Positions 12,426-25,170 of a DNA stretch of 64,000 nucleotides are shown piece after piece (within the stretch, counting starts at the first letter, position 1; every line of letters starts with the position of its first letter). Under the pieces are notes generated by a model, which did not search any database, had not been told where the DNA came from, and was given only the letters and a program-made list of their open reading frames with translations. The translations under genes and the position numbers were made by a program. This DNA is from Vicugna vicugna (Eukaryota): NCBI GenBank assembly GCA_013265495.1, contig MU058000.1:1178001-1242000 (forward strand). The letters are read 5' to 3'.

Positions 12426-13711
12426 GGCTAATTCTTAGAGAAGAATCTTCAGGATCTCCTTCCATACCCACCTCCCCCTGGCAAGAAAGGATTTATCTTT
12501 TCAATGTCTTCTTGATGGCTTATGTTGTCAGTAGTGGCTCTCCCTTCTGGGATAATGAAAGGAAATTACTTTAAAATTATTTTACAAAGTAGATTTTTTT
12601 ACTTGAATCTTGATAAAAGGCAAAAATAAACTCAAGATTCCAACAGAGGCAGAATTTGAAGACAGCAGAGCAATCATGAAAAAATCTTAAAAATCTTGCT
12701 CTATCTCATTTTACAAATGCTTGCATGAAGACCAGAGTGACAATAGGGACAGCTTAGGATTGTGCAAATAATTCCTGGCAGATTAGTCCAATCCATATCA
12801 AAGCTTTAATAGTGATACTTTGCCTTGAATTGAGCCAGAGGTCCTTCTTTATGGAGAACTCCTGATTTCTAGGTTTTAAATTAGAAAATATCTAATTAGA
12901 ATAGAGCCATAGCATTCAGAAGAACAGTGCAGATGGCCAGTTTTATGTGATGTATTTTGAACATGTATGGCTATTCAGTTATTTACATAACCTTTAGCTT
13001 ATTTACTTTTCCAGTATTCAAATTTATTCTATTTTACTTTAAACATTTATTTATATATAGCATGTTTTTAATTTTATATAAATGCATAATTGCTATATCT
13101 ACCCTATTCTTTTTTTTCTTGCTTCTTTCTCCCTTTTTCTTTCTACCCAAATCATTCCTAGCTCCCAGTCTTTCAGGAGAAGTAGTTACTTCCTTTTATT
13201 CTCATGTTTACATGTCATATAAAAGTCATCAATGCACCTATATAGACACTACACACATATACATCTCCTTAAATGGCCTTTTTGATTTTGTTACAAAAAT
13301 AGGATCATATTAGACACATTTTGATACATCTTGCTTTTAGCTACTGGTTTAACTCTAATATTTTCATGTAAGTATGATTTATTTGACTATAAATGCAAAG
13401 AAGTGTTGGATATATTAATCTCAGTCATTTTCTTTGCCTGTACTCTCTTCTATATGCATCCCCTAGTGTCCTTCATGTGGCTCCATTTCAGTTAGGATAC
13501 AGATGAAAAGAACATTGCATGTTGTAGATACACAATTCGTAGTTGCAAAATGGATGGCAGAATTCAAGTCCTAAATGAAGACTGAACTAGAATATCACAG
13601 GGAAACGGTGGCGTGTGGCAGGGATAAGATCTGTCGAGTTGTAGTTCAGATTGGGTGTGTATTCCAGAGCAAAGAATATTGTAGTTGGAAGTCCTTGGAG
13701 CTAAACTAGTC

Positions 13712-13865
13712 CAGTAGTTCTTATACTTTTGAGCATAAGAATCACCTTGCAAACTTATCAAGAAAAATGAAATCGGTGGAGCCTCATTCAGTAGAAATAA
13801 ATGTGACCCAAGAATATGAATTTTTAAGAAGTTCACCATGTGATACTGTATATAGGTGATCCTAA
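13712..13865. mobile_element. MER5-type hAT-Charlie DNA element (diverged)
   Basis: cagtagttcttatacttttgagcataagaatcacct...cccaagaatatgaatttttaagaagttcaccatgtgatact. Confidence 0.6.
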
Positions 13866-15006
13866 AACAGATTCTGAAAAATTCTTGGCAGATAAGGAAA
13901 GAGAGGGCCTGGAACTCAATGACTTGCCTATGTTTGAACGACCATATTTAGTGACAGAGATGGTACTGGAAACTAATCCTCCTGTCTTGTTATGGAGTAC
14001 TAATGACCGTTTTGTGTACCTGAAGGGATGTCTTATTTTTACAATCTCTGGTAAGGCTCTAAAAATGTTCCAACTGACTTTCTTTCTCCAAGTTTTCATT
14101 TGCAAGAAAACATTCTACGAAATAAAAGATGAGAATTTTAAAGTTAGAATGGTTCTTGAGAGATGGAGACTGAATCTTATTAAATAAGTCATCTCAAAAT
14201 AATGTTACTTTTCAGGTAATCAAGGAAAAGAGATTTAGGTAAATGACTTACCTGTCCACCCAGAATATTCTGTCAAGAGGATGTTAATCTCATCCCACTT
14301 CCTGCTTGGTTATTTTCATTTAGAATTTCAGAAAGATAACTCTGTTAATATCTTTGAAACTGGCTTTGAATCTTCTCATTCGAAAATGGCTTCATGCAGG
14401 TGGAAGAATCATTTGATGAAATGAAATGTAGGTTAGTATTATTAAACTTTTGAAGTTATGTTATGTATTCATGGCTCATTATGAAATATTTTTATATCCC
14501 CTTGTGCTTCAGGGGATGAATAATATCACCCATACAAGTTTACAAAGCTTTAAGTTTAATATAAAATAGTTTAAGACCTCGTGGGGCAGTCTAGTTTACA
14601 GTTAAAATATCACGGGCAGTGAGTCCCTCATTAAAAACACAAAGTAAAACTTAACTCATGCCATTAAAATACCTCATTCATAACTGCAAACATGCACCAT
14701 CTGGGGTTGTTTCGTGCCTCCCAATTTCTTATTAGCAGGGGAGAGATTGGGGTTGACTTCCTCCAGAAATCAGCATGTCTTACAGAATGCAAACACACAC
14801 TGCTGATTGCAAGTGGTCCTTAATTACTGATGGGAGCCTCTGACCAAGTGCTCATGCTGGAACATGTCCTTCACCAGTGCTTTAAAAATGATTCAACTCT
14901 CAAATTCCTACTGAGGTTTGCTTTCCTTAATGGTATTGCCTTTCAAGACTAGAAAAGATAAAGTTTAATTATTAAAATTTAAAAAATACTCATTTTCCTC
15001 AACTCA

Positions 15007-15205
15007 TAATAATGGTAAAAAGAGCTCCTCATTATGGGTGCCAACTTTTATGTACTGGGCACTATGCTAAGATGATCTCTTTCATCCTCTCCAAAGCTCT
15101 CTTAGTTAGGCGTTATTGCCTCCATATTTTAGATGGATAAACAGGCTTATGAGGTAAATAGCTTGCAAAGGCAAAAGCTGGTGAGTCACAGATGTGGATA
15201 TGATG
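15007..15205 (-). mobile_element. MIR SINE
   Basis: ggcactatgctaag...ccatattttagatggataaacaggctt...ggtaaatagcttgc MIR core. Confidence 0.75.
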
Positions 15206-15375
15206 CTTCTCTGAGGAGTATTATACCATAAAGACATTATGAGGCTGTCCTTTTAGGGTAATAGTTAATAGGCTGTTCTTTTAGGGTAATTGGTATACAA
15301 AGGATTAGTGCACACCAGCTCCAGCTGCACTGAACTAAATACCTTGGTATCACAAGCAGGGACTGTTGTCTACCT

Positions 15376-15536
15376 CAGTTTCTCAAAATGTGGTCCAGGA
15401 ACCAGCAGCTTTTGTATCAACTGGTACTTGTTAGAGCCAGAATCTCAGGCACCATCTGAGGACTGCTGCATTAGAATCTGCATTTCAAATAGCTCCTCAA
15501 GTGATTTGTATGTATCTTACTATTTGAGAAGCACTG
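15376..15536. mobile_element. MER5A-type hAT-Charlie DNA element
   Basis: Terminal inverted repeats cagtttctcaaa / tttgagaagcactg; internal agaatctgcatttc. Confidence 0.8.
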
Positions 15537-17179
15537 GACTAGATGATCTTGAATTTACCTTTAATTAGTAGTACTGTGGTCCATGCAAAGAGGAAGATTC
15601 TATATCTCCGTTATATACTATACATCTATCGAGACCAGCATCCCTATCTTATAGTTATGTGGCTCCCACAGCATTTAGCTCTGTGACTTCCCCTCATAGT
15701 TGCTTAATGCATTCTTGATGAGTAAATGAATAAACAAAGGACTATCTTCCTTATGGAAATGTAATGATTATGAAAGTTTCAATATTAAAGAAATAAATGA
15801 TAGATGCCAGAGCCCTTTTAAACATTTAATTGAAGCCTCAAGGTACAGTACCATTCCATTCCATTCTTCCCCCATTTTTCAGCCTTTTCAAGGTAGGACA
15901 AGTAATTTTATTTAGTATGCAAGGCTAAACATTAAACATTTAAGACTGAGGCTCCCAGGCAAGGCCAGCCTTTTCCACTGTGCCTGTTATTGCCTCTCCC
16001 CCAGCTCAAAGACAAGTGCAATTCCACCTTCCTTATTATCTTGTCCACATTATTGATTATAAGTAGCCTCTAATTTGTATCAGTCTCATCATTCTGTCTC
16101 TTGACTAATTTCTAGCAACTGTAAGTAAATAGTTTGAGTTTCCTAGCCAATCCTTATTCTCCTGCTTACTGTGGAAGGGATCCATTAACCATGTGGACAC
16201 AAATTGATAGAGCTCCCACTTGAATACATAGTGATACTGCATCTAGAATAGAATTGGGACTTTCAGTGAAGATGCAAAAGAATGTTTTTTAAAAACATGA
16301 AAAATACAGGACGCTGACATCTGGGAAGTTTTCCTGCATGCACGTGACTGAAGTTTGTGCCCTGAGAACATCCAGAGGGTGCACTGCGAGAGAGCACACG
16401 CAAGACTCCCGCAGGAGTGGGGTCTCTGCACGGGTTTCTGCGAACCTGGAGTGGTGACTGGTTGCAGGGCTGTTCAGCTGTAGCAGTCACCCTCCGGATA
16501 GATACTACTCAGTGCTTGGGGTTTGAAAACCGTACAGCTTGGAATTCACAGCTGGGAGTGGGGTTAGAGAAGGCAAGGGATAAACTGAAAATGTGGAAGA
16601 GGGAAGGAGTGGGAAGACTAAAGCTACTCTAATTTTCTTCTTAACTTTACTTCATTGCCATAGAATGAAGATTGTTGAAATTGATATGCTAATTCATGTA
16701 TGATAGATATAAATTCCTGTTTGGTGTTAATGAATGCTATATTTAATAAGCCTGAAAAGCAAAATGCACAAAAGTGGAAGAGACACTATATATATATATC
16801 TCTCTATATATATCTCTATATATACTTTTCTTTTTTAAAACTGATCATTATTGTAGATGACTTGAGGGTTAAGGTTGAGTGCACTCAATGCTTTGGGAAA
16901 TACGTTCCCTTGAGTTACTACTTTCTTCCCCATTTCTTCCCTACTTTTATTCCTGTGCTCAGAAAGCAGATAGAGGAAATTTAGGAAAGAATCCTTTATT
17001 AAATCACATGAAGAGAGAATATCATTCTAATTCTTCTTCTGGATTTCCCCTTTCTCTTTGTTTTAAAGATCATCAAAAAGGAGATTGTGCCAGCTCTTAT
17101 TCCAGAAGTTGTGCTCAGTAATCCTTCAGATTTGTCTGACCTCTAAGCCTTCCTCATTAATTAATGATGTCCTGATTGG

Positions 17180-17420
17180 CAGAGCTGAGTTGATTAGGAG
17201 TGTGGACTTTGTGATCTGACAGCCTAGGTTCATGTCTCACCTCTGCACTTCCTTACTGTGAACCTTAGAAAAGTGATAAAACTTCTCCATGCCTAGGCTT
17301 CCTCAATAATGAAATAGGAGGATTAGTAGAACCTGTGACCTTGGGTTATTAAAGAAGATTAAGGGAAGGTGCTTAGCATAATGCCTGGCACATGGCAAAG
17401 AAACAGTAGTCATTGTTACC
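17180..17420 (+). mobile_element. MIR SINE (near full length)
   Basis: ggagtgtggactttg...cctaggttca...gcttcctcaataatgaaatagg...gtgcttagcataatgcctggcacatg. Confidence 0.8.
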
Positions 17421-18626
17421 ATGATATTCATGTCACCTACTTTTCAGAGTCACAGAACTGAGGATAGTAGAGCATGGAGGCCCTTAGAACTCATTGGTTA
17501 GTTGTTGTCGAGTGCACCCCTAAGTAACCATACACTTTCACATACATAACAGCTGCTGAAAATAAAGGTGAAGAACTAGATCCAAGAGAAAGAAGACTGA
17601 AGGCATCTCATCTAAGTCTTCTCTAGTTCCCTGTCTATGATGGGAGACTCACGGTGTAATCCAGTGATAATCAGTCCTTTCTTTCTTCCTTCCTTCCTCC
17701 CTCCCTCCCTCCCTTCCTTCCTTTTCTTTCTTTTCTTTCTCCAGTCATCCAGATTCAGTGCTGACCACACTGACAGCATTTATTCTCTGGCTATATTTTA
17801 TCTGGAGCTCCGAATAACCCATTTCTGAGACGTTGTTTTCCAAAGTGGTTAAATCTGAGTTTTAGTGGGAGATATGGAGCCACGTTTTCATGTTGTGTTG
17901 TAAGCCACACCATAGGTGACTACTGATTGTAGACTAAACAACTGTAGCTTCGACTTTTTTAAAAATCTTTACCTCTAAGCTTTGGAGAACTAGGAAGGTG
18001 ATATTTGTCTCGTTTACTTGCAAAGGCCTTAGGATTTAGCAGACATGGAGTGAGTTAGTACTACATAGTTATAAATTGTCTGTGGAAATAACCCTATATC
18101 TAGTTTTCACCTATTAGAATTTAACAAAATTGCCCCAGCTTAACTGATAAATCTGTTGGTAAGCATCATAAACAAGGGGTGAATTTTCAGAATCTGATTT
18201 AAATATTTTGCAAATATTATGTGCATACTATGTGTTATAAGATCTATAATGTTATCTCTTTTTTTCTATCTTAAAAAAATTATCCCAAGTGTTTTAGGAG
18301 ATAAAATTCTTATTCCTCAGATGAAAAAGCCCTGGAGATCAGAGTTATTCAGTGAGCAAATGACACACTGGGATTGGAACTTAAATGGATATAAGAACTT
18401 GGCTTTGGTTAACTGAGGGCAGCTTCTTTTCAATAAATGATAAAAACATATTTGTCAGATTTGCTAGTAAGTTTTCTACCCTGTTTTTACTTGAACAAAA
18501 AGGATACAATCAGGGACTCAGAAGTTAGTTTTTGGTTTAGAAAAGTTGCCCTGAGGCAACATCAAGTGACTATGTGAGTTTCTAAAATAATTTTGTTGCC
18601 AATAACAGATTAATTTCCTACAGTTA

Positions 18627-18725
18627 ATTTAACAAATATCTAATGTGTCCCTACTATGTGCTGCACATTGTTCTAAGTAAAGGAAATATAGTAATAAACA
18701 AAATTTATGAGCCCCTGCCTTTAAA
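18627..18725 (-). mobile_element. L2 3' end fragment
   Basis: atttaacaaatatc...cctactatgtgctgcacattgttctaag. Confidence 0.7.
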
Positions 18726-19879
18726 ATGTTTTTCATGTATTTTTTCACCTCATCAAATGCTTTTGCTTATAGACTGCTATTTAAAAACCGTTTTCACTAG
18801 TTACAGCTTCTTGATATTTTTAGTACCTGCTATAAGGAAACATTTATTAGGCGACTTTAAATTTCACGTGTTTACCACTTACTAGCTATTGAATCAGGAA
18901 CTACCAGACAGTAAAAGCCTTAGGCATTAAAGCAAGAGTAAACAGAATTTTATCTTGTTAGATTGTTAGAAGAAATAGGTCTTTTTTTCTTTTTTAAAAA
19001 ATATATATGCCACTATAAAAATGACCATCTCCAGTCTTATCTGTGGAGGTTTCCAGAGGCTGCTTGTTTTTGTAGTTAAATTTGTTGCAACAGTCACTTT
19101 GCTAATTTTTCTTCCTGTCACTGGTCTCCAGTTTAATTTTCAGATGATTTTTATTTGTATGAGCTAAAATACTTACTGATCTCATTAAAAGTGTTTTAAC
19201 ATGATCTAGTAGTGCTCAGAGCAGAGAGAGAGTCACTATTTACTACTCAAATAACATTGGACAAGCCAGTTAAATTTTCTGAGGTCAGGTTTCTCATATT
19301 TTTTTAGTTTTTTCTTTGAATATTAAGAGGGAAAAATTAATGAGGTTTTTCAAACCCCCAAACCTGGCATATTAATACTAGTTCAGTTGTTTTTATTTAG
19401 ACTGTCTTTAGAAGTATAAATTTTATCTTTGAAACTAGATAATTAAGTCTTTGATATCATAAATATTGTCATACACCTTTTAAAATATCCTACTGCATTT
19501 AATATGCTAGCAGTGTGTTTGGCAGTATTTTGATTAGCTTGGGACAGAAGTGAGCAGAAAGAATGTAAGGAATGAAATCATCCTTTTTAGCTATTTGTAC
19601 CTATGGCATATGTAGGGCATTTTTCTATCAGGAGAGGAAGGATTTTTGGTCGGGAGCAAGACTTAAGAGGGCAAAGTGTGAGGAGTGAAATGAGCAATAG
19701 CTCTCACTTGCTGCCTTGACTGTTTTCCAGCTTCTGGAGACAGAAGGGATTGGAGGCTAGTCTTTAGGAATAAATGGACTTGTGTCAGGGTCCAAATGTC
19801 AAGGCATAATTAGGAAAGACGATGTTCTCCCTTTTCTGGGGAGCTCAACAGTAGTCAGAGATACCAATTATTGAAAGCT

Positions 19880-19990
19880 TTGGAACATCCTGAGGTCACA
19901 CTTCAATAATGGACATTGATTCTCTCATAACAGGTTGTAGAAATGGTGAAGATTGTGGGCAGCATGTAGTGGCAATGCACAGGACAACTG
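19880..19990 (+). mobile_element. Possible L3/CR1 relic
   Basis: cacacttcaataatggacattga...aatggtgaagattgtgggcagcatg resembles the CR1 3' ORF2 region. Confidence 0.4.
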
Positions 19991-20175
19991 TGAGGGTGTG
20001 GGGTGTGTGTTTGACAGTCAGGGATTCTTCATGGTGGCTGCATCTGACAGCTTGTTTGAGGGCACAGTGATAAGGCTTTTCAGGACTCTAGGTCAGACTA
20101 TGAAATAGTCTGGTTTTGGACATTCAGATATTGAGGGATTATGCTTTCACAAAAAATGTTACAAAAACAAGTGTG

Positions 20176-22600
20176 AAACTCAGCTTCTGCTCAGGGAACA
20201 TGGAATAGACATACTTTTCCCTATTCCTCACATTAAGTACAACTAAAATCCCAGGACAACATCAAAGAACTCTTAGAGGTGGAAAGAAGAAGGCTAGGGA
20301 CTTGAAGACCCAAGGAACATCAACATGGTCAGAATTCCTTGGGTTTTGAGTTAGAGCTAAAGAAGCCAGCAACCTAGAAGTATCAACAAGTGCAGATTTC
20401 CTCCCCTACTCCTCCCCTTTTGCCTCTCACCTTCCCCCACCTACCTCACTGACAATACTCTGCTCTCTCTAGCTACCAGACCATGAAAGTGAAGCCAGGA
20501 AGGTAGAAAACCTGTGGATTCCATTCCAGCCAAATACCACAGAGAAATCTGTGTCCCCACCCTCACCCCATAACCATCAGCAAAGGCCAAGTTGTAGCAG
20601 AGAACAATCCTGACTCCATATTGACTCTATTCTTTTAGGTCTAATATTTATGCACTGTTATGACTAAGCACCATTGCCTGTGCTTAGTCATGCTGGCTCT
20701 GCTCTTTGGTTACATCAATCAGGTAAAGAATGTTGCCTATACCCTGGAATATGCATAGTAATCCTTTCTTAAGGCTTCACCTCCCAGGTTTGACCTTTAA
20801 AGCTGTAACACTTTCCATTCATACAGAGGTAAAAAGTTGGAGAACAGAAAATTACATTTTTCTTGTTGGAGGTTTATGGGAACATTGTGACCAGACCCAC
20901 ATGGACAATTGCAAGAACAAAGGATTATCACATTCTCTTTGGAGTCTGGCTGGAAGTAAGAAGTCTGCAACAACTAACCACATCCTCTCCTCCTTTAGCA
21001 TAAAAGAAGTCTGAATTCTAACTTGGATAAGATGGTTCTTTGGGACACTAGTCCACCATCTTCTTGGTCTGCTGGCTTTATGGAAAAAAGTTGTTGTTCC
21101 TTGCCCAAACACCTCATCTCTTGGTTTATTGTCTTTTTATGCAGCAAGCAGTACAAGCTTGGGCTCAGAAAAATAGAGGGCATCTTGGAGTTTTAAGAAC
21201 TCACCATGCTGAAATGAGGAGGCCCCCATAGCCACCACTGAGGTAGTGTCAGAGAGAACCAAATAGAGATCTGGGATGAGACTTCTATCACTACTCAGCA
21301 GTCATTCGGCTACCCCTCCCCGCTATGGTGTCAGTGGAGAACATGAGGGGAGCAATAATGTGGTACTCCTACTCCTCCAAGCCAGTGAGGTACCAGTGAA
21401 GGCTTATTGTAAATCAGAACCTCCACCTCCATTCAGCAAGCATGGTGTCAAAAGCAGGCAGCAAGGCCAGAAGGTTCAGGTAAGATTCAAAATGTTATGG
21501 CATAACACCCAAATGTCCAGATTTTTTAAAAATTAAAAACTGTTACTCTGAAGTCCCTTTTAAGAGAATGAAAAGACAAGTTTACAGACTAGGAGAAAAT
21601 ATTTGCAAACCACGTGTTCCACAAGGACTGGTATACAGAATATATAAAGAACTCTTAAAACCCAACAGTAAACAAACAGCCCCATCCAACAGTCCGATTA
21701 GAATATAGGCAAAATATATGAAAGGCATCACACTAAAGGTGATATATGATGATAAATAAGCCCAAGAAAAGATGTTCAACGTCATTAGCTATTAAGGAAA
21801 CACAGCTTAAAACCACAATGAACTATTACTATACATCTATCAGAATAGTGACAACGCCAAAAGCTGATAAGGATTTGGAGAAACTGGATTTTTCATATAT
21901 TGCTGTTGGGAATATAAAATGGTACAGTTGTTTTGGAAAACAGTTGAGTAGTTTCTTAAAAAACTAAATGTGCAACTAACATACAACCCAGAAATTGCAC
22001 TTTTGGACGTTTATTCTTGAGTAAAGAAAACGTTTACATAAAAACCTATACGTGAATGTTTACAGCAGCATTATTCATAATAGCCAAAAGCTATGAATAG
22101 TTCACATACCCTTCAATGAATGAATGATTAAAGAAACTATAGTGCATCTACACTGTGGCATGCTGTTCAGCAATGAAAAGAAACAAACACTATTGATATA
22201 TGAAACGACCTCAGTGACTATATAGGAATTACACCAGGTGAAGCAACAATCCCCTAATGTTATGGACTGTATGATTCCACTTACCTGACGTTATTGAAAG
22301 GACAAAATTATAGAGATGAAGAACAAATTGTCGGTTTCCAGGAGTAAAGGAGGGGGTGGGGTAGGAGATAGGTATGGCTATGAAAGTGCAATAGGAGAAG
22401 TCCTGTGATGATGGACATGTTCTATATTTTGGCATGTTCTATATCAGTATCCTAGTTGTGATTCTGTACTATAGTTTTGCAAGATGTTATCATTAAAGGG
22501 AAACAGTAAGAGGAAACCATGACATTACATAGGGTCCCAATGTATTATTTCTTACAAATGTGTGTGAATCTACAATGATCTCAAAATGAGAAGTTTAAAT
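20176..22600 (+). mobile_element. L1MC1-like LINE with intact 5' and 3' ends but most of ORF1/ORF2 missing; interrupted by a solo LTR
   Basis: 5' end catggaatagacatacttttccctattcctcacattaagtacaactaaaa; 3' end tattatttcttacaaatgtgtgtgaatctacaatgatctcaaaa; TSD aaaaacaagtgtg (20163-20175) / aaaaacaaagtgtg (22601-22614). Confidence 0.8.
20593..21173 (+). mobile_element. ERV1-type solo LTR
   Basis: TG start; CATAAAAG TATA-like motif at 20999-21006; degenerate poly(A) signal at ~21084; U5-like end gcagcaagcagtacaagcttgggctcag; splits the L1 5'UTR. Confidence 0.8.
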
Positions 22601-24989
22601 AAAAACAAAGTGTGGTTTAATGTTATAGGCCCTAAGGAAGTCTGAAACATTTAACCACAGGACTGAGTCAGGACATCTGGATTCTATGATCAGACATGTT
22701 TCTCTCTCACTGAAAGACTCTACAAATAATTTCATTCATTCGTTTGCTTAATAAGTATTTCCTATGTTCCTTCTATGAACCAGGTTCTGGACCAAGTACT
22801 AGAGATCATTCACTTTCCTGGCCTCAATTTCTTTACTTTTAAAGGAAGTATCAGACTCTATGTTCTCTTCTAAATTTGTAAGTCAAAAACTCAAAGGTCT
22901 TCAAGATGATCTAGTAGTTAAAATCATTGCTAAGTATTGATGGTAATTTATATTTGAATTACAATTTGAATTACAGCTTTATAAACCCTTCAACTCAGCG
23001 ATTGCCTCCATACCTCTTCATTTACCCAATGCCTAGCAAAACAGTTTTTCATGTAATAGATGTTCACTTAAGTTTTATTGATGCCTCATTTGATGACTTT
23101 ATCACTGGGTCAGTAATTTAGGACAAGTGCTTCCTAAAACAATTATCCTTTCTCAAATGCACACAAAATTTAAATGCCAAATTTTGAAGTCTCTTTTTAT
23201 GATATAGCCCACCAGCTGTTTTAATGCAATCAGGTTATTTTTAAATGTTCCATATTAGAAGGTTATGTAATTCAGCTCAAATGTATTTTAAAATTACACC
23301 CATTTTTAATTAATCTTATCATAGTTATGCAACTATATAGCAAATATCATAAGCAACCCTATTATAGAAGATAGGACCCTAGAGAGACCATCAAACTGCA
23401 ATGATGGCTTATTGGTCTGCAAATTGAATCTGTGATGCTTGAAGAGGTTTGGAAATGCTTGGCTGTCAATTCCCTAACTGATTTTTCTCTGATTATCAAA
23501 GTAAAATGTTTTCATAGTCCTATGTATTTTTATAAAATATATGTTGTTGTAATTTTCAAAAATGATACAATGGATGTCTCTCATGACCCTCAGATTCTGG
23601 TGAAATTGTAGGACTAGTATTTTTTTTAGAAGCTGGAGACAAGCTGATTTAATTTGGTCTTGCCTCTATCTGTCCTTGTCTTCCAACTGTGAATTTGTCC
23701 TGAGTAGTTAAATATGGATGCCATTTGGTCTCTGGATTAGGGTTCTAGGCAACACTCAATAAAGTATTTCCTAGTCCTCATACAGTGTCAACAGACTCAT
23801 TCTAGATAATGTTATAAAGCTTATTTAGTTGTTTCTAGAGTTCATTAGAAGTCAGAGGTGAAAAAGCACTGGAAGAAATTCTTCTGACAACAGCCGAAAC
23901 AGAAAAATTTCTAGCAGTGTGGGAAAAAAAAATCACAAGAGAGTTGCTTGTACTACCTCAGTCTCATTCACCACTTTACTTGTTGGTGGAGCTTAGGCAT
24001 GATATTTTTAACAGTTTTCTCTAGGTCTGCTCCGTCATTAGCCCCTTGTGTCAAATGGCAGAACCTCAGCCACCTTCCTTCTCTGTTTTTCTCTAGGATG
24101 CCATGGAGGTGGGAGTGGGTGGAGAGGAGGGGGTTAGTCACATCTGAAATCAGCTGCTTGGACCTCTTGGTTTCTCTGCTCCAGATGCTTCTCTTGACGC
24201 TCTACTTTTAGCCAATGCTTTCTGTTGCTCTATTGCCTGACATTGTTGCTGCCTGATGTCAACCTCTGAGCTACTAATTAGTATTAGACAATCAGTTTCT
24301 CTGGCCATGGGCTGCTGACCATGCTGTAACCCACAGTATTTTATAGTCCTAACATTCTGAGGGGCAAGAGATGTGACTAAATCCACTGTAATGAGAATTC
24401 CCAGGGCTGAGGAAAAGGAGCTACAAAATTTGATTCCCTTTGTTGACTGGGGTCAGGCCTCGCTTCAAATATAATCCTCAAACTTTTCTGAACAAATATT
24501 GATTATCCTCATGAAAACAGGAGGCCATAAAGGAAACATAATCTTGAAGTGTGTCATCTAATTCCATACACTACCATACATGAGTTACAGGTCTGACCTA
24601 GACATATTGAAAAAAAAAAAAGAGTGAAATTTAATACTATAAAAGCCTGAGACCCTTTAGTGAAGAGGGAAATGGTTCTTTCCATCTCAAATTTTCTTGA
24701 AGGTATCACAGAATTACCAAATAATACTGTTAATACTGTAATATAAGTATTATGATAATAAAAATATTGATAAATTATGTTTATCACTTCTTTTTACAGT
24801 CACAACAGTAGATAATATTTTCTAGGACAAATTCCAATGAAAATACATTGATCCTGAAAGTGTAAGCTTCAAGTCTCTAGAAATTTGCATGGAAATTTTC
24901 CCATTCTTTGATGCTGATTCATAGAAATGAGATACCATTGAAAACAGTGCTATTGAAATAATGGAGGTCTAAATACTTCAGAGTACAGT

Positions 24990-25170
24990 AATTTTAATCA
25001 TATTTATTGAGAGCCTACTAAGTGTCACTTTCAGTGCTAGGTTCTTAACATACATTATTCCAAACATAACGGTTCAATAGCATGATGAATTAACTGTGGT
25101 TCACAATGGTGGAGTGATTTATCAAAGGTTCTACTGAAGAGACAAAATTTGAACTCAGTTTTGTCTGGTC
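24990..25170 (-). mobile_element. MIR SINE
   Basis: atttattgagagcctacta...gtgctagg...gagtgatttatcaaagg...atttgaactcag. Confidence 0.6.

Noticed and set aside
16446..16555. H/ACA snoRNA (hairpin, ATACTA box, ACA)
   Set aside because: The second hairpin is short and weak, and these box motifs are too common to count as evidence
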